A stretch of 64,000 nucleotides of DNA, taken from the IMG/VR virus record IMGVR_UViG_3300031949_001696; one strand, given 5' to 3'. Source of the stretch: a virus. Taxonomy: Duplodnaviria; Caudoviricetes. Both the position numbers and the translations under genes were made by a program. Position 1 is the stretch's first letter. Each line of letters opens with the position of its first letter. Below are positions 37,269 through 48,304 of this stretch, in pieces. A model generated the notes under the pieces. It did not search any database and was not told the DNA's origin. It was given only the letters and a program-made list of their open reading frames with translations.

Positions 37269-37810
37269 GCGACTTCACGAAAGACGAGCTGGCGCTCGGC
37301 GAGCGGATGTTCGACTCGCAACCGGACTCCCCGTGGACTGCATTCTGCGAGCTGCGTGAGCTGTTCGGCGAGATGTCACTCGAACGACGGCAAGAGCTTC
37401 ATGACGTCGTCGCGAAGCGGCGGGCGCTTCCCCCCTTGTGTGTCGGGCCGATCCAGCGCGGATTCGAGTACGAAGTACGCCTGGTCGTGTCGATCCCGAT
37501 CGCGTGGGCGACGCTGCTCAAGGAAGCCTCCAAGCACCACTACGACTACAAGTGTCGCGATACCGGCAAGCACGGCACGGTCAACGGTCTCTACAACACC
37601 GCCTGCGACGGCGAGTACGCCAGCACCCTCGCCGTCTCCTGGTCGGATCTCGACCTCACCACCAAGGTCGCCGAGCAGCTCGAATACCACACCACCGATC
37701 ACGCGATGATCCGCGCGATCCGCGTGTGGCTGCGCGAGACAATGGACGCGATCGCCCACCAACGAAACGCGTGCATGGCGCTGCCCGGCACCGCCAAGGA
37801 GGACGCGTGA
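37265..37810 (+). CDS. Hypothetical protein
   Basis: Coupled ORF, HYDYKC motif. Confidence 0.55.
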   Translation: MSDFTKDELALGERMFDSQPDSPWTAFCELRELFGEMSLERRQELHDVVAKRRALPPLCVGPIQRGFEYEVRLVVSIPIAWATLLKEASKHHYDYKCRDTGKHGTVNGLYNTACDGEYASTLAVSWSDLDLTTKVAEQLEYHTTDHAMIRAIRVWLRETMDAIAHQRNACMALPGTAKEDA

Positions 37811-37991
37811 GTCGCTCGAAGCCACGTGTGACTGCCGCGCAGCAAGCGGCACACGATTACGATCCCGGCGCTACGCTCTGCGGCCACGGCACGCGCATCA
37901 CACAGCGCTCCCACTACCTCGGCGGCGGCTTGTGGGTCTGCTTCGAGTGCTTCGCGAAGCTCTTGCTCGGCGGTCGAAAGAAGTCGGCGTG

Positions 37992-38294
37992 ATGCAGGTA
38001 GCTAACGTCTCGACCAACGATCCGACGGTTCGGAGCGAGATCGACGGCTGGACGTTCGAGGACGCGAGCCTTCTGGTGAAGAAAGCATCCGCGTCGGACC
38101 CCAGCAAGATCTTCATCGGCTACACGCCGTCGCCCAAGGACATCCCGCTCTACACCACCGTCCTGGAGATGTTAGCGGACGGCTGGGAGCTTCTTAGCCC
38201 GCCCGAGCGTGAGACGTGGGAGAACGACGGCAAGCAGCACGAGCAGTGGAGCTGGTGGCTCCAGCGCAAGCCTCAGCGGAGGGTTCCGGCATGA
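37992..38294 (+). CDS. Hypothetical protein
   Basis: Coupled ORF. Confidence 0.55.
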   Translation: MQVANVSTNDPTVRSEIDGWTFEDASLLVKKASASDPSKIFIGYTPSPKDIPLYTTVLEMLADGWELLSPPERETWENDGKQHEQWSWWLQRKPQRRVPA

Positions 38295-39268
38295 GCAAGC
38301 AACAGGTCCGCGCACGTCTGCTCGACGCGCTCATCGCCAACATCATCCTACCGCCGTTGTCGACGGGCACCAACTTCATCAACGAAGAGGAAGCCTTCGC
38401 CCACAATGCCGCACTACGAGCGATTCTCGACGGCGCGACGTGCATCGAGGCGACGAACGTCGCGCGCTTCTTCGACGATAGTTACCTCGGAGATGGAGCT
38501 TCTTTCGACGCGTTCTGGACCGACCTCAAGTGCCTCGTGCCGCCGCACAAGCGCTTCTTCATCGAGTGGGAAAAGCCGCTCATCCCGCACGCCAAGCGCA
38601 TGGGCATGTTGTTCCTCGCCTGCCCGCCCGAGCTAGCGGAAGCGACCGCTCGGATGATCATCGGAGCAAACGCTCAGTCGACACCCGCGAAAATCGCAGA
38701 GTTTCGACAGAACGTCCGCTGCCGTTGGATCTACCTGACGCTGGAGTTCTTGGAGTTCGACCACAAAAACGACGACGACTACATCTCGGGCTTCCGCGGG
38801 CCCTACCACATCACCACGATGTCCGTTGCCGAAGACGGCACGCTCCTCGACTTTTGGATGAGCCGCGCGACAAGGAACTTGCCCGACGACGAAGCGATGC
38901 AGGTCGCGGGCGCGTCCCTCGTCGCGTGGACGACGCTCGCGATGATGAACTGCGCCAACATCACCACGACCGAGCACAAGACACCCGACGCGTTTCAGAA
39001 GGCACGCGTGCGAAGCGGCAAGAAACCTCTCGTCTCGTACCACACGGTGAGCGTCGACCTCGGCAAGACGCCGCGGCAGATCGCAGCTGAGAGCCTGCCC
39101 GGCGACGGATCGACGCCGCGCCGCCACAAGAAGCGCGGGCACATAAAGGACTACCGCAAGGGCCAAGGGCTGTTCGGCCGCTACAAGGGCGTCTGGTACT
39201 GGGGGCCGATACTCGCCGGATCGGAAGAAGAAGGCATCGTCGTGTCGGACTACGAGGTGACTCCATGA
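38291..39268 (+). CDS. Phage-type hypothetical protein with C-terminal RxHxxRGH motif
   Basis: PRRHKKRGHIKDY...GLFGRYKGVWYW. Confidence 0.65.
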   Translation: MSKQQVRARLLDALIANIILPPLSTGTNFINEEEAFAHNAALRAILDGATCIEATNVARFFDDSYLGDGASFDAFWTDLKCLVPPHKRFFIEWEKPLIPHAKRMGMLFLACPPELAEATARMIIGANAQSTPAKIAEFRQNVRCRWIYLTLEFLEFDHKNDDDYISGFRGPYHITTMSVAEDGTLLDFWMSRATRNLPDDEAMQVAGASLVAWTTLAMMNCANITTTEHKTPDAFQKARVRSGKKPLVSYHTVSVDLGKTPRQIAAESLPGDGSTPRRHKKRGHIKDYRKGQGLFGRYKGVWYWGPILAGSEEEGIVVSDYEVTP

Positions 39269-40350
39269 GTTACGTCAAAGATCTCATGACGGCCGCCGCC
39301 GAATGGATGAAGCTCAATCCAAGTGCGTCGGGAAAGCTCAAGGTCCCTCGCGATGAATTTGCAATCGACAATTATGATCTCGATCATTTGTTCGCGGCTT
39401 TCGAGAAGCGCTCACAGGAAGCCGCTGCAAAAGATCCTGCACGAAGTGCGGAGATACTTGCGCACCTCGACGACATGCGCGCCCAACACGAGAAGCTTTT
39501 AGCGGGACGAAAACATATTCGCGAGCATGAGGACGCGGTCGAACGCAGCATAAACGAGACCGACGCGACCGGTCATGCCAAGCTCGACATGGGAGATTGC
39601 ACAGTCGCGGCGACACCGCTCGTGCTCGGCCGCTGGTGCTTGGCCTGGGCCTACGCCGGCTACAACGTGTTCGAGCTAGGCAATGACTTCGTAGCTGCGA
39701 TGTTGCTCACCGATCCTCGCGAGATCCGTTTCGAGGATCTGCGCATCCCGTTCCCGGGTCTTCTGATCACGATCCCGAGCGGATTCACGGCCGGCAATGA
39801 AGGATTGCCCTATACAAAGATCCATCTCTCCCACGTCGACGGTGAGTGGAAACTCTACGCGACCGACGGCATTCGTGTCTTGGATACGACCGTCGGCGAA
39901 GGAGAAGCACTCAGTTGGGATCTGCTCGAAAGTCTTGAGACCGAAGACGATGAGATCACGGGCTCTGATGCCGAGGTCGTTCGGACAGTTCGACAGATCG
40001 CATTTGGGATGCTCGCATACGTCAATGCCGTCGATCGCGCCATCGAAGAGCGCGACGGAGCCAAGCGGTCAAAGAACAAGCGTACGCACGATAATGGACC
40101 TCGGCCGCGGGTCCACGACGTCGGGCGAACCGTCAAGATCGATCCGATCCTCGTCAAGTATGCACGCGCCGGCTCACGAGAAATCACATTACAGATCAAG
40201 AGCCGTTTCATCGTGCGGGGGCACTATCGGAATCAGGCCCATGGCCCCGAACATCGCGATCGCAAGCTGATCTGGATCGAGCCGTTCTGGAAAGGACCAG
40301 TGGAAGGCGCGAAGATCGTGCACACCTATCGACCGGACGTCTCCAAATGA
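39265..40350 (+). CDS. Phage-type hypothetical protein with C-terminal VRGHxRxQ...WIEPFWKGP motif
   Basis: Related C-terminal motif to preceding gene. Confidence 0.65.
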   Translation: MSYVKDLMTAAAEWMKLNPSASGKLKVPRDEFAIDNYDLDHLFAAFEKRSQEAAAKDPARSAEILAHLDDMRAQHEKLLAGRKHIREHEDAVERSINETDATGHAKLDMGDCTVAATPLVLGRWCLAWAYAGYNVFELGNDFVAAMLLTDPREIRFEDLRIPFPGLLITIPSGFTAGNEGLPYTKIHLSHVDGEWKLYATDGIRVLDTTVGEGEALSWDLLESLETEDDEITGSDAEVVRTVRQIAFGMLAYVNAVDRAIEERDGAKRSKNKRTHDNGPRPRVHDVGRTVKIDPILVKYARAGSREITLQIKSRFIVRGHYRNQAHGPEHRDRKLIWIEPFWKGPVEGAKIVHTYRPDVSK

Positions 40351-40384
40351 ACGGTGCAGCAACGCCAATTCACAAGGTGTCGCT

Positions 40385-40672
40385 ATGAAGCGAGAAGTAC
40401 CCGCATGGTGGCCGCCGAAGGTCGGGGACAAACTCCGACACGAGACACTTCACGGCACCAGCGGCGCGGATCGATCCCGTATGGGAGTGAAGCATGTCGA
40501 TGCACTGCTTCGCGTGCTCGCGGTGTTCGAAGACATGGACGGCGCCCCACGGATCGTGACTGCGGAATGGTTTCCGACACGACAGCGCTGGAACTACGAA
40601 GTCTTCACGTCGGCCCACGCGCTGGTCGGAACCATCTGGCCCGACGACGCAGAGAAGCCGAAGGATCGCTGA
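40385..40672 (+). CDS. Hypothetical protein
   Basis: ORF in array. Confidence 0.5.
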   Translation: MKREVPAWWPPKVGDKLRHETLHGTSGADRSRMGVKHVDALLRVLAVFEDMDGAPRIVTAEWFPTRQRWNYEVFTSAHALVGTIWPDDAEKPKDR

Positions 40673-40689
40673 TCAAAGAAAGGACGGCC

Positions 40690-41100
40690 ATGGGAGCGAG
40701 CTACTACGCACACGCAGTGATCGGTGTCGAGGCGACCGGCAAGCTGCATACGACCACCCAAGAACCATCGTGCGCGCACAAACCGACTGGCGCGTTCTGC
40801 TCGACGTGCGGAAAACCGAACAAGCCGGTCGACGTCAAGACGCCCATCGCGGGCTACGACGAAGACCGAGGATCCATTAGCGAGCTGCGCGTCGTGCACT
40901 CGACGGACGAGAAGAAGTCGTTCGTCGGGATCGCGGTCCGCACCGGCGACATCAACTACGCCGAGAACAACCAGCGGCTGCCTCTGACGCCATCCGATTT
41001 CATGGTGCGCGTCGAAGATCTACGAAGACAGCTCACCGAGATCGGCCTGTGGGACGAAGCCAGCTTCGGGCTCTGGGCGGTCGGCTACTGCTCGTACTGA
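40690..41100 (+). CDS. Hypothetical protein with FCSTCG zinc ribbon
   Basis: AAGGA RBS. Confidence 0.55.
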   Translation: MGASYYAHAVIGVEATGKLHTTTQEPSCAHKPTGAFCSTCGKPNKPVDVKTPIAGYDEDRGSISELRVVHSTDEKKSFVGIAVRTGDINYAENNQRLPLTPSDFMVRVEDLRRQLTEIGLWDEASFGLWAVGYCSY

Positions 41101-41524
41101 GAAAGATCCAGAAGACAGTGAGCAGCACAGCAGACCGCGAACACTGTGGCGACCTCTCATACCGGATCGACAGGAACATCGACTGGTGTCCGATCTGCGG
41201 AGCCCTGCGCGTCAACGAAGATCGCTGGATATCTCCGCGAAGCCCCACGAATCCGGCAGCCGAACGAAACGGAGAACCCATGCGACTCGTCTGGTATCGA
41301 CGTCAAGATGGCCTGTGGAACGCTGCCTGCGCATGCAACGCGTGCATCGCTGGCGTCGCCTTCGAAAAACGAGCAGAGGCTGAGCAATGGCACGAGCAGC
41401 TCGCGAACACGGAGCGCGCGCGGCGTGAGGCGAACCCCGTGAGCTTCGAGCGCAACCAGATCCCAGCTTGCGGACCGAAGCTCCCCGAGCCCAACCCCAA
41501 TCTCCCTGATCCCTTCGTGTTCGC

Positions 41525-41884
41525 ATGAGGGCCAAGCAGGGAGAGCGCGTGTACGCGGTCCTGACCGCGACCCCCGACGAGGTGTCTCTCCTCGGGTTCG
41601 GCGTGTACGTCGGCGACGAGGTCCCGCCCGCGCCGATGGGATTCGTCCGCGCTGTCTTCAGAGCCTCCACGTGGGAGGAGTTCGACCGCGTCGTCGCCGA
41701 GGACGCGGGCTGCGAGCCGAACCCCGCTGCCCGCCCGACCAACCCGAAGATCGTCCTCGACGACGGCCAGGTCGTGTGGGGAGCAGAGTGCTGGTGGGGC
41801 GCGGAGTCGCTGTACGCGGCGTTTCGCGGTGAGCGCTCGGAGAAGCGGTGCTCGATCACCGACGAGCGGAAGGTGTTGCCGTGA
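41525..41884 (+). CDS. Phage-type hypothetical protein
   Basis: GFGVYVGDEVP...NPKIVLDDGQVVWGAECWW. Confidence 0.65.
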   Translation: MRAKQGERVYAVLTATPDEVSLLGFGVYVGDEVPPAPMGFVRAVFRASTWEEFDRVVAEDAGCEPNPAARPTNPKIVLDDGQVVWGAECWWGAESLYAAFRGERSEKRCSITDERKVLP

Positions 41885-42098
41885 TGCGCTACTTCAGCAA
41901 CGGGACGTGGCGCCCCGCTGCGCCGGAGATCGAGGAAGTCCCCACGCCAATCGGCGAGAGGTGCCTCGCGTGCGACGCGGCGATCCAGGACGGCGACTGC
42001 GGCGTCTCGATGGTGCACGTGAGTTCGAGCGGAACCGCGTACCGGCCGTGGCACCTCGCCTGTTTCCGACGCGCACTCGGGATCGAAGGAGCACAAGC

Positions 42099-42401
42099 AT
42101 GACGCCTGGCGAATATCAAAGGATCTGCGATCGTCTCGCGCGCAAAGCGAACCGCTTCGCCGCGAAGATGGTCGCTGACGAGGATCCCGGCGACGGCGCA
42201 GCGCAGCGCGAGCACTGGATCGAGGTCTTCTTCTCCGAGCAGCTGCCCGACATCGATTCCGACGCGCTGCTCGAAGTGACACGCCGTGCGGACACCTGGG
42301 ACAAGGTCGGCGGATACGCGGGTGCCGGCAAAGACGTCCGTGCACACGCCGCCTTCGAGGCGGACGTGTGGGACGCGATCAACCGAATGGAAAGCACATG
42401 A
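42099..42401 (+). CDS. Hypothetical protein
   Basis: AAGGAG RBS. Confidence 0.55.
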   Translation: MTPGEYQRICDRLARKANRFAAKMVADEDPGDGAAQREHWIEVFFSEQLPDIDSDALLEVTRRADTWDKVGGYAGAGKDVRAHAAFEADVWDAINRMEST

Positions 42402-43129
42402 CCGAAGAAGATCTCAAGCGCATGCAGGACGGCTTCCTCGAGACCTCGAAGAAGCTCCTCCTAGAAAGAGGGCATATCGGGCCCGTCGGCTTCGTCATCA
42501 CGCTGCACAAGCACGTCGACAAGCTCCTCGAAAGCGGCTTCGAGTTTCTCGATCCCAAGGCGTGTCTGCGCGACCACAAGGACGACAGCGTCGCCGCGAT
42601 CCTCGTCGACCTGGCGATGGACTGGAAGAAGCTCTACCACGCCGTCCTGAACGTGTTTCCCGAGACCCGCGACATCCTGCCCGAGATGATCGCGCTCGGT
42701 TCGAAAATCGACGTCGACAACGTGTACATGCGGGTGATGCGCGCGTTCATGAAGGCTGCGGAGATGGACGAGAAGGACGTCATCGCTGCGACGATGCGCC
42801 AGATCTGCGACAAGGTAGACGCCTTTGCCTGCATCCTGCATTCAGAAGCGTGGCTCCGCATCATCGATCCGTCCTCCGAGACCCTCGACGAGATCTACAA
42901 GAACGCGCCGAAGGGGCTCGGGCAAGACACGAAGTCCGTCGAGGTCATCTTCAGCTCGATGGAGACCCACGACTTCTCGCGCATGATCACGGTTCCCGTC
43001 CACCGAGAGCCGTCGAAGACGCGCGACGACGGAAAGGTCCTCAGCTTCGGAGAGCCGACGGAGAACGCGGACGGCGCGCTCGGTGGCCGCATGGCAGGGT
43101 TTCTCAAGCCACTGAAGGACGCGTCGTGA
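42398..43129 (+). CDS. Hypothetical protein
   Basis: 243-aa coupled ORF with SEAW motif. Confidence 0.6.
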   Translation: MTEEDLKRMQDGFLETSKKLLLERGHIGPVGFVITLHKHVDKLLESGFEFLDPKACLRDHKDDSVAAILVDLAMDWKKLYHAVLNVFPETRDILPEMIALGSKIDVDNVYMRVMRAFMKAAEMDEKDVIAATMRQICDKVDAFACILHSEAWLRIIDPSSETLDEIYKNAPKGLGQDTKSVEVIFSSMETHDFSRMITVPVHREPSKTRDDGKVLSFGEPTENADGALGGRMAGFLKPLKDAS

Positions 43130-43447
43130 CCGCGAAAACAACCGAAGAGCGTGACGCGATCCGCGAGAGCAACCGCCGTCGTAAGAACTGCGCGAAGTGC
43201 GGCGGGGCGTGCGATCTGCTCACCGGACTCGACGACGATGCCCACTTCCCGAGCGTCGTCTACAAGCGTTGCATCGCGTGCGGCTGGGAGATCGCGATGA
43301 AAGGACGCGCGCCGTGAAAGACGGAGATCAGGTCGAACGCGACGGTAAAAAGTACCGCGTGGGGTGGTTCCAGTTGTTCGAGAAGCCCCATCCCAGCAGA
43401 CAGAAGTACGACCTCGTCGCCCGGAAGGCCCGGAAGGAAAGCCACAC

Positions 43448-43882
43448 GTGACGCCGATCGAGCGCGCAACCACGATCGCCCGCGACGTTCGCACGGGACT
43501 GCTCCGTCTCGACGAGACACCACGCGACCTCGCCGGCCAATGTGGGATCGTCTCGATGCTCGTAGCCGTCGCGCTCGACAACCCGCAGGTCCTTCGCACC
43601 GGCTTCTACATGAAGTTCCAAACGTACCTCGGCAGGCACGGTCGCTACCCGCACCGCCACGCCTGGTGCCGCGTCGGGACGATGATCGTCGACGTCACCG
43701 CGACACAATTCGACCGCGGCAACAAGGCCGTGCACGTAGCCCACTTCGACGAGGACCCGCGCTACATCGAGACCGCGAGCGGCAGCGACGCGCTCGACGA
43801 CATCATGGACAACTGGCGTGGGCGCAAGCTGCTCGCGTACGTACAGATCGCCAAGAAACTGCGACGAGGCCGCGATGAATAG
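43448..43882 (+). CDS. Transglutaminase/papain-like fold protein (Cys-His-Asp)
   Basis: AGQCGIVS...HAWC...IVDVTATQF. Confidence 0.5.
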   Translation: MTPIERATTIARDVRTGLLRLDETPRDLAGQCGIVSMLVAVALDNPQVLRTGFYMKFQTYLGRHGRYPHRHAWCRVGTMIVDVTATQFDRGNKAVHVAHFDEDPRYIETASGSDALDDIMDNWRGRKLLAYVQIAKKLRRGRDE

Positions 43883-44462
43883 GGCCGCGACCATCCGAGG
43901 CTACCTGCAAGCCGGCCAAAGCGTCTGTCCGTTCGCCAAGGCGTGTCCATTCGAAATGACCACGGTGTCAGCGAACGCGCGAGCAGATCGCGCGGGTCTC
44001 CTCCGAAGCGTCACGACGTTCGCCGCAGCGCGCGGCAACGCGATCGTCCTTTTGGCGAAGGCAGACAAAGGCTTCGCAGCCACAGCGACCTGGGCCGCGG
44101 AAGTTTTTCTAGAGCTGATGATCTGTTGTGCCCAGATCAGCCAGCCGACGACCCCGATCGCGGAGATCGAGCACTACGTAGAAAGCAGCATTCGACCCAT
44201 CCTCAGCTCCCCCGAGATCCGCCCCCACCTCGCTTTGCACGGAAAGGCGCTGATGACGATCTGTATGGCGCCTCTCTATCCAGCAACGCATCCGCGCTAT
44301 GCGCCCCACACGATTCTCGTGGTGACCTGGAGCGCCGACGTCGCCGCGGCATTAGGCGCGGAGGGTATCCCGAAGATCCGAGAGGCCATGGCCAAGGCAC
44401 ACGGCCACGTCTATGACGCCAACGAGCTGATGCTGCCGCTGCCAACGAAGGAGCCTACATGA
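43875..44462 (+). CDS. Hypothetical protein
   Basis: VCPFA...PLYPATHPRYAP; coupled. Confidence 0.55.
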   Translation: MNRAATIRGYLQAGQSVCPFAKACPFEMTTVSANARADRAGLLRSVTTFAAARGNAIVLLAKADKGFAATATWAAEVFLELMICCAQISQPTTPIAEIEHYVESSIRPILSSPEIRPHLALHGKALMTICMAPLYPATHPRYAPHTILVVTWSADVAAALGAEGIPKIREAMAKAHGHVYDANELMLPLPTKEPT

Positions 44463-44907
44463 AGAAGAAGAAGAAACGCGCGCGGAAGATCCCGAAGACC
44501 GTCTACGTCTACGTGCTCGTCACACACGACCCGTACGACAACTCGATCGGCAGTCCCAACGACTACGCGTACGGGATGTGATCGTGAACGTCCACGAGGA
44601 AAGCGCCTGGAGAGTGCTGATCGAGCTGGGGGCTCGCGAGACCATGATCGGCGGCAAGCATGCGCTCGATCTCACGCCAATCCGCATCACGAGCAAGGAC
44701 AAGCTCTGCCTCTACACGCAGTCCGTGCTCGGCGTCGTCGGACGCAGCAACGCGAATCGTCGGCACGTGGACCGCCGCGGCTGTCCGATCTACGTCGTCA
44801 CCGACTTCTACACGGTCAGCCGACCGAACGACCGCGACCGCCACGATCCCGAGATCAAAGCGCGCGTCGAACGAACCCGCCGCGCGAAGAAAGAAAACGA
44901 ATCGTGA
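44459..44907 (+). pseudogene. Hypothetical gene frameshifted near 44575
   Basis: MKKKKKR...YAYG continues in a shifted frame as DVIVNVHEES. Confidence 0.45.
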
Positions 44908-45088
44908 GCTATCCACCGTCTCGATCGTCAAGCTGATCGAGCAAGTACAAGTCGCAGCCAAAGCCCGACATTGAAGATTGTACAGGAGAAGCCGTGAAGA
45001 AGACAAATCGCTACGGCGTGCACCGCCTTCTACGAAGCGGACGAGCTGGAGGTTCTAACGTGACCCGTGACGCGAAGGAGGTCTGACC

Positions 45089-45367
45089 GTGAGATCAAAC
45101 GACTTCAAGAAATTTCTGAAGGCATGGACCGACGAAGCGATCAAGGCCAATGGCGGTATCGATAATGTTCGAGAGATGCACCACAGCATGGACATGGCCA
45201 GGTTTCTGACCGGCTGGGTGTGCGGGAGCGTCTACGCGTACATGCCGCAGTGTCGCCGCAACTGGGAAGACACACCCTCGAACGATCCGCACTACACGCT
45301 GGAAGAAGTCAGACGAATCTCCGACTACGTGCGCCTGACAATTGAAACAGAATCGACTACGGCATGA
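45089..45367 (+). CDS. Hypothetical protein
   Basis: AGGAGG RBS. Confidence 0.55.
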   Translation: MRSNDFKKFLKAWTDEAIKANGGIDNVREMHHSMDMARFLTGWVCGSVYAYMPQCRRNWEDTPSNDPHYTLEEVRRISDYVRLTIETESTTA

Positions 45368-45645
45368 CGAAGTCCAACAGCAACCGCACGTCGAAGCGCA
45401 CGACCACTCAACGCGTGGTCCTGTACCTGCACAAGCACGGCCCTTCGGGCTGCTTCGAGGTCGGCGAAGTCATCGACAACCGTCGCGGGCGCATCGCGGC
45501 AAACGGTGGCGGCGGCGACTACGCGGCGCAGATGCTACTCGGACGCATGCGCAAGGCCGGGATCGTACGCGTGAGCAACTACGAAGGCAGCTCGAAGTGG
45601 GAGCTCACACAAGGCGGGCTACAGCTCGCACGACAGCTCGCGTGA
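45364..45645 (+). CDS. Winged-HTH-like protein
   Basis: LLGRMRKAGIVRV...WELTQGG. Confidence 0.5.
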   Translation: MTKSNSNRTSKRTTTQRVVLYLHKHGPSGCFEVGEVIDNRRGRIAANGGGGDYAAQMLLGRMRKAGIVRVSNYEGSSKWELTQGGLQLARQLA

Positions 45646-45859
45646 ACGGGGTAGAAAATGAGCGGACTAAACTACAGCGATAGCGAGCCACGCATCCACG
45701 TCGAATCCGGCGAATGTGTATCTGTCCTGCTTCGACACCACGACGCCGAAGGCGCCTACGTCGACGTGCGGTTCCCTGACGGTCGCGTCAAGCGTCTTCA
45801 TCCTTCACACGTCCGTCCGCTCACCTTCCTGGAACTACTTGCGTGGAGGAGTGAAGGTC

Positions 45860-46057
45860 ATGCGAACCGCTGACACGATCACCGACGATCAAATCCGCGC
45901 GTTGCGCGACTGGGCGCGGCGCCTTCAAGACGACGCGCAATTCGCACTGCTGCGCGGCGAACGCGGCGAGGTCAAGAGCCCGTCGCTACTGCACGAAATC
46001 AACAAGGCACGCACTCGTTGCGCCGCTATCTTCGACACCTGTGAGCTGAAGCCATGA
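45860..46057 (+). CDS. TITDDQIR family protein
   Basis: MRTADTITDDQIRAL...ARTRCAAIF. Confidence 0.6.
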   Translation: MRTADTITDDQIRALRDWARRLQDDAQFALLRGERGEVKSPSLLHEINKARTRCAAIFDTCELKP

Positions 46058-46304
46058 ACAGACACGAAGAGCAAACCACACTGATCATCAAGATCAAAGA
46101 CCGCTACAGCACGTACAGCGTGGGCGCGATCGAGAAGAAGACGCTTCGTGTCGTGCGCCGCGGCACCAAGCGCGATGTCACCAGGAGCCGCAAGCTGCTC
46201 GAAGATCGCCGCATGCCCTGGACACGCATCGAATGGGGCGACGACGGGCAGCCCAACTACATCCACGACGTGCGCGAGTTCCCAGCCCCGCCTTGGAGTT
46301 CGAA

Positions 46305-46535
46305 GTGATCCGATGGAAGCGATCTCAGGACGGCTTCGTCGAATCGCACTGCGGTCGATGGCAGATCACGCCCGAGTATTGGAGCTGCACCGAGCCGCAA
46401 GCGTTCACGCTCCATCACAACGGAAAGATCGTGACCCGTGGCTGCGAGACACAGCGCGACGCCAAGGACACCGCAGACAGTCTCTTCGCAAAGGAGTCTC
46501 TCGCAAAGGAGTCTCTCGCAAAGGAGTCCTCGTGA
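46305..46535 (+). CDS. Hypothetical protein ending in a 15-bp tandem repeat (SLAKE x3)
   Basis: AGTCTCTCGCAAAGG repeats near 46480-46530. Confidence 0.55.
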   Translation: MIRWKRSQDGFVESHCGRWQITPEYWSCTEPQAFTLHHNGKIVTRGCETQRDAKDTADSLFAKESLAKESLAKESS

Positions 46536-46914
46536 GGCGACTATCGTTTCGCGACCGACGAGGAGATCTCGCCGGATCCAAAGGTCAGATCGATCGTGTA
46601 CAAAACGACACGCCAACCATGAACGCCGACAACATGGCTCTTCTGTGCTCGATCTACGCGTGCGATCGCGCGGGCAAGCAAATCGTCGACCTGCCACTCC
46701 CCGGCACACCCGAGTGCAACGCACTCTTCCTCGCGACGTGGGCGGCGTTCCGCCACGTGACGACCGAGCTGGGCAAGCAGCGCATGGCCGAGGAAAACCG
46801 CACACGGCGAGTCGATCCGCTGGAAGCATTCGTGCTCGGCCGCCAGATCCCCGCACACCTCCGCTGGGCAGAGACCGAAGCGATGATCCGCGCCGGCGAA
46901 TGGTCCGCGTAACG

Positions 46915-47580
46915 ATGCTGCACTTCACCAGCGGCGACATGTTCGAGCTACCTGTCGACATTCGGGTGAACACCGTGAATTGTGTCGGTGTGATGGGTGC
47001 AGGCGTCGCCCTCGCTTTCAAGACTCGCCACCCAGCGATGTTCCGATCGTACAAGAAGGCTTGCGACGCAGGTGAAATCAGACCCGGAGCACTCAACATT
47101 TGGCACACGCTCAGCGAGTGGGTCATCAACTTCCCCACGAAGCGCCACTGGCGCGAAAACTCGAAATACGAGGACATCGAAGACGGGCTCAAGGCGCTTC
47201 GAACGTATTTGGATAGCATCGGACGCGCCGTGCGTGTTGCGCTGCCGGCGCTTGGGTGCGGTCACGGTGGACTGGATTGGTCGCGCGTTTCTAAACTCAT
47301 CGAGTGCCATCTCGCGACAACGGACGCTGAGGTCTTCGTGTTTGAACCTGCCGATTCGAGACGTGCGGGCGCGATAGCCTCGCAGCTGAAGAAGTCCAAG
47401 ATCGAACCTCGCTCCGACATGGTGTCGTATCCGACGTCGTCGGTCAGGATGGAAAGCATCGTGCTGATCGGGCCGCCCCATACACGGGCAGCGCTCGCGC
47501 CACCATCGAGCTTACCGATGCCGAGCGCAGAGACGGCCCCAGCGTCCCTCAAGGTCGAGGATCCCGAAGGCGGCTCGTGA
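46915..47580 (+). CDS. DarG-like macrodomain (ADP-ribose glycohydrolase)
   Basis: GDMF, VNTVNCVGVMGAGVA, INFPTKRHW, PALGCGHGGLDW. Confidence 0.9.
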   Translation: MLHFTSGDMFELPVDIRVNTVNCVGVMGAGVALAFKTRHPAMFRSYKKACDAGEIRPGALNIWHTLSEWVINFPTKRHWRENSKYEDIEDGLKALRTYLDSIGRAVRVALPALGCGHGGLDWSRVSKLIECHLATTDAEVFVFEPADSRRAGAIASQLKKSKIEPRSDMVSYPTSSVRMESIVLIGPPHTRAALAPPSSLPMPSAETAPASLKVEDPEGGS

Positions 47581-48105
47581 GACCGTATTTGCTCATCGGC
47601 GATACGCGCAACGATCTCGATTTTGCCGAGAGCGCGGCGAAGCGCGCACGCGAGCACGGTGCCGAAATGATCCAGTGCGGCGACTGGGGATTCCTGTGAC
47701 CGGGCAGCTCGCAGCTCGACGAACTCTCCGACATGCTCGTCGGCCTCCGAATCGTGGTGGCCCGAGGAAACGATCACGAAGGAACAGCTCGATCTCGCGC
47801 TGTCAGCCAAGGGGCCGATCCACGTGCTCGTCACGCACGACGCCCCCGCCTTCCCGCCGGGCTTCACGGCCAAGGGCTCATCCGACTACCAGCGCGACCA
47901 GGTGCTCTCGATGAAGCACGTCGACAAGCTCATCCGACACCACCGTCCGATGCTGCTCGCACATGGCCATTGGCACACCCGCGCAACCACATATCGAGGC
48001 ACCACACGCGTCGAAGCACTCGATTGCAACCAGAACGACCCCACGTACCTCGACGCCTCCACGCTCTTGTGGTCGCGATCGCTTGCCGAGGACTCGCGCG
48101 CGTGA
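47577..48105 (+). pseudogene. Calcineurin-like metallophosphoesterase, disrupted
   Basis: IGDT, QCGDWG, in-frame TGA 47697, frame break, then WWPEE, VTHDAP, HGHWH. Confidence 0.75.
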
Positions 48106-48304
48106 AGGCCTGCGAGCGCTGCGGAGATCTCGTGCTGCGACGAACACGCTGCGCGATCTGCCGACGCCTCTGCTGCGCCGAGTGCATCGACTGGCCCCGA
48201 ATGACAGGCTGCGTGCACTGGTGCCGCAAGCCCAAGCACGTCGAACACATCATGATCGAGGACCTCGAGCCGACGGGCTGCGACGCGCCTCGAACCCAAA
48301 AGCC

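Noticed and set aside
46480-46530. 15-bp tandem repeat as a functional element
   Set aside because: Simple slippage at a gene 3' end.
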